Positions 61,701 to 64,000 of a DNA stretch of 64,000 nucleotides are shown here, in pieces (positions within the stretch are counted from its first letter, which is position 1; the number at the start of each line of letters is the position of its first letter). The translations under genes and the position numbers were made by a program. Below the pieces are notes generated by a model. The model searched no databases. It saw only the letters and a program-made list of their open reading frames with translations, and had not been told where the DNA came from. The stretch covers positions 54,560,001-54,624,000 of the forward strand of contig OZ287753.1 of assembly GCA_965649765.1 (NCBI GenBank), in the 5' to 3' direction. Origin of the DNA: Bispira polyomma. Lineage: Eukaryota.

Positions 61701-63618
61701 AAATATGCAGAGCCAATTCAGTCAAAAAGTCTTTCTAAAAGCGTCTATGCACATTTGACCACCGGCTCTGTTATGTAATCCCAATCTCTTTCTACTAGCA
61801 ATTCAAAAATATTCTGGATCAGCATCATCAGGCCTTTATTTTGATACTAAATAAAAAATGACTTCAAAGCTCATGTAGTAGTAACAAAAATAATTTAGAC
61901 AACTAGGCTGAATGAATATTCGATTATTTTTTAACAATATTGTGAGCCTGAAGATATCGCAAGTTGAACCCTAAATGATTATAATTGTAAAACACATGGT
62001 AAAATTTCTCATTGGTATATTACAGTGTATAACATACAACAAGATGACTCATTTAACTCCTTTGTTGTTGCATATTTCCTGTTTGTGAGATGGTTGTGGT
62101 ATTTTAGAATATGCTGACCTTAAGCTGTTACATTAATAATTATTTTAGTGGCAGATGGTGTTCGGTGACCGAATATGGCCAGCATGAGTTTATAGTGTAT
62201 ATAAAATAAGTAAATACTATATCTTTCAACCAATCAGAATCTAGGTTGTTCAATTTTTTTTTGGTTTTTAATTTTAAATTTTAACTAGTAAAACCTCTTA
62301 CTTGGCACCAGATGCTTTAAAGATCTCCACCCATTCATCAGCATTGTAAAACTCAGCCGTAAACTGGTGGGCAAAGTCTGCATAGGTCCAGCTAGGTCTG
62401 TAGTTATCAGCCATGAATTTGACAGTAGCCTCAGACTTGGAACCTTGCCACCTCCACCAGAACCACTCGGAGCCAAAGCTCGGTACAGAGAAAACTCCCC
62501 AGTGGATGAAGATACCAAACTTCACCTTGTCATACCATTCTGGTAAAGGCCTGGAGGAAGACCAGGGTATACAGGAGGTAGATTTAGATTGATGCAAGGA
62601 ATAATTTACCCATGACAAACCAGGGATATTTTAGGGCAATTGAAGACAATAGTACCACAAAAAGCAACTACTGGGGATTTCTATAACTCTAAAGTGTGGT
62701 AAAAATCCCATGTAGGCTGTATATACCTGATTTGGAATAGGTTGGAACAATTCTAACATCACACATTAAAATTATCATCTAGATTTTGAAATATAAAAAA
62801 TTAAATAATGTTACTGGAGATTAAGTACAGAGAAAGGAGGATGAGGTTTACTATACTTCTGAAGCACATCAGAATATGCAAGCGTCTCTTTCACCATCTC
62901 AGTATTATATCACGATAAGCAATTTAGCCTTGGCATCCTTTCAGAATGCATTTTATCGGTCATTGTTTGATATTACCAACAGCATCCTTTCAACGTATTT
63001 CCCTCAGATCAGATCAGACTTCAGACGACGTCTGTTCCCCCATCATATTTTATTGGTCAGGGGGCAATAAAATCCGGAGGTCTGTCCAATTTTTAAACAA
63101 AAATGAAGAAAAAAATTTTTATATTAAAATATTTAGTACATATCGGATGAAAGGAAGTGCCACAACGGCTGATGGAACAGTCTCCTGGTTGACGTCAGAT
63201 CATCAGATACACTTATCGGTTTTAGGAAAAACTTAAAACCTATCTTTTTAATCCACTCTAGTTCTCTCCCGTACACCCACACATTTTTCCTCAGGACCTT
63301 GCTTTGTCCATGGACTTCACAATTGGCTGACCGATTCTGTTGTTGCATTTCAAAAATGTCTAGCATTAATACAGCACGTTAAAAATGCATAAAAATAATA
63401 AATAAGTTTCTGCAAGTATTTCACAAGGATAACCAGGAACACACATTCGCTTAGGTAAGAGCTAGGCATAATAAATTAGATATATAGCTACACGTATACC
63501 TGCTGTCCAGAGATTCCCAGGTCGGGAAGTAAGTGCGAGCCTGTTCCATAGAGTATACAGGGTAAAACTTGTAGGCAGCAACAACCATTAGAAGTAAATA
63601 GACAGCTACAGCAGACAT
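52728..63618 (-). CDS. FUCA: Alpha-L-fucosidase (GH29), 466 aa; coding exons 63618-63500, 62550-62302, 60658-60552, 57881-57751, 57104-56971, 56414-56317, 55230-55098, 53616-53446, 52986-52728
   Basis: All eight introns are GT-AG with consistent phases (1401 nt in total); signal peptide [15 protein letters not shown]; motifs [44 protein letters not shown] (nucleophile Asp), [33 protein letters not shown]. Confidence 0.96.
53684..53869. mobile_element. Small Tc1/mariner(pogo)-type MITE in a FUCA intron
   Basis: ta|cagcagaacctctattat ... ataatagagtttttactg|ta; related decayed copy at ~57332-57455. Confidence 0.7.
54750..55005 (+). mobile_element. Full-length SINE family A in a FUCA intron
   Basis: A/B boxes; TSD agtgttgaattcaaaaa / agtgctgaattcaagaa. 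Confidence 0.92.
55990..56192 (-). mobile_element. Old CORE-type tRNA SINE
   Basis: Reverse complement tggcatagtggttagagtg..cttggacagggtacttcac..ccaggtgaaaacatgggtacc. Confidence 0.6.
59453..60425. mobile_element. PIF/Harbinger-like MITE (59736-60365) preceded by an internally deleted tandem copy with duplicated flank
   Basis: TIRs ctggtcacacctacacatgct / agcatgtgtaggtgtgactgg; 59453-59735 repeats both MITE ends plus the ~65-bp right flank. Confidence 0.8.
63130..63405 (+). mobile_element. CR1/L2 LINE 3' fragment (same family as 8060-8372)
   Basis: Shared tcagatcatcagatacacttatcggttttaggaaaa and 3'UTR. Confidence 0.7.
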
Positions 63619-63719
63619 GACTACCCGTTTCTGGAATGGCAGCTGAAATAGACACAGAAAGAGGGCAAGGTTACTTGATTTATAGTTTAGTTTGGGATTA
63701 ACTTGTTTATTAGAATTTA

Positions 63720-63870
63720 ATTTATTGTGACATGGAGGGGAAAGATAAAGCCAGAGAGGGTTTCCTGGGATAATATTTTGGTTAGTAAATTATCCCACAG
63801 GGTAGGTGCTGCAACAGAGAAGGAATAGGATCCAATCTGGTTACTAGTTCTGGTTTCACAGACTGAAATT
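63720..63870 (-). mobile_element. CR1/L2 LINE 3' fragment
   Basis: Encodes IGSYSFSVAAPTLWDNL. Confidence 0.55.
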
Positions 63871-64000
63871 CTGTTCCCTGGTAAACCTGCTGAAAGACAA
63901 TAGTTAGGCAGCATATAGATAGGTTTACCGCTTTCTGTGCAGTAACATGGATCTTTTTATTTAAAAATTTATTTCTGCGCATTCCTTTGAAATGGCAAAT

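Overview
AT-rich metazoan genomic DNA, probably from an invertebrate such as a lophotrochozoan (inferred from the gene and repeat families). It is not prokaryotic, and there is no CRISPR array, rRNA or true tRNA gene. Main contents: (1) two intact, single-coding-exon, somatomedin-B-containing class B (Methuselah/adhesion-like) GPCR paralogues (429-2861 minus; 35688-38225 plus). They point away from each other as the arms of an old inverted segmental duplication (~1-7.5 kb vs ~30.2-39.8 kb), and their C-terminal tails are read in different frames through compensating indels. (2) Two decayed, divergent tyrosine-recombinase (DIRS/Ngaro-like) retrotransposons sitting head-to-head in the spacer between the arms, each with a stem-loop upstream of gag. 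(3) A Penelope-like fragment with a twin-priming-type 5' inversion, present in the predicted 5'UTR intron of one GPCR copy only. (4) A decayed L1/Tx1 ORF2. (5) A complete 9-coding-exon alpha-L-fucosidase (GH29) gene assembled by hand (52728-63618 minus, 466 aa). (6) A possible two-exon orphan membrane protein. (7) Many tRNA-derived SINEs, MITEs, LINE tails and tandem repeats. I found no clearly novel multi-gene system. The best leads are the frame-switched GPCR pair, the inverted Penelope insertion and the paired Ngaro-like elements.
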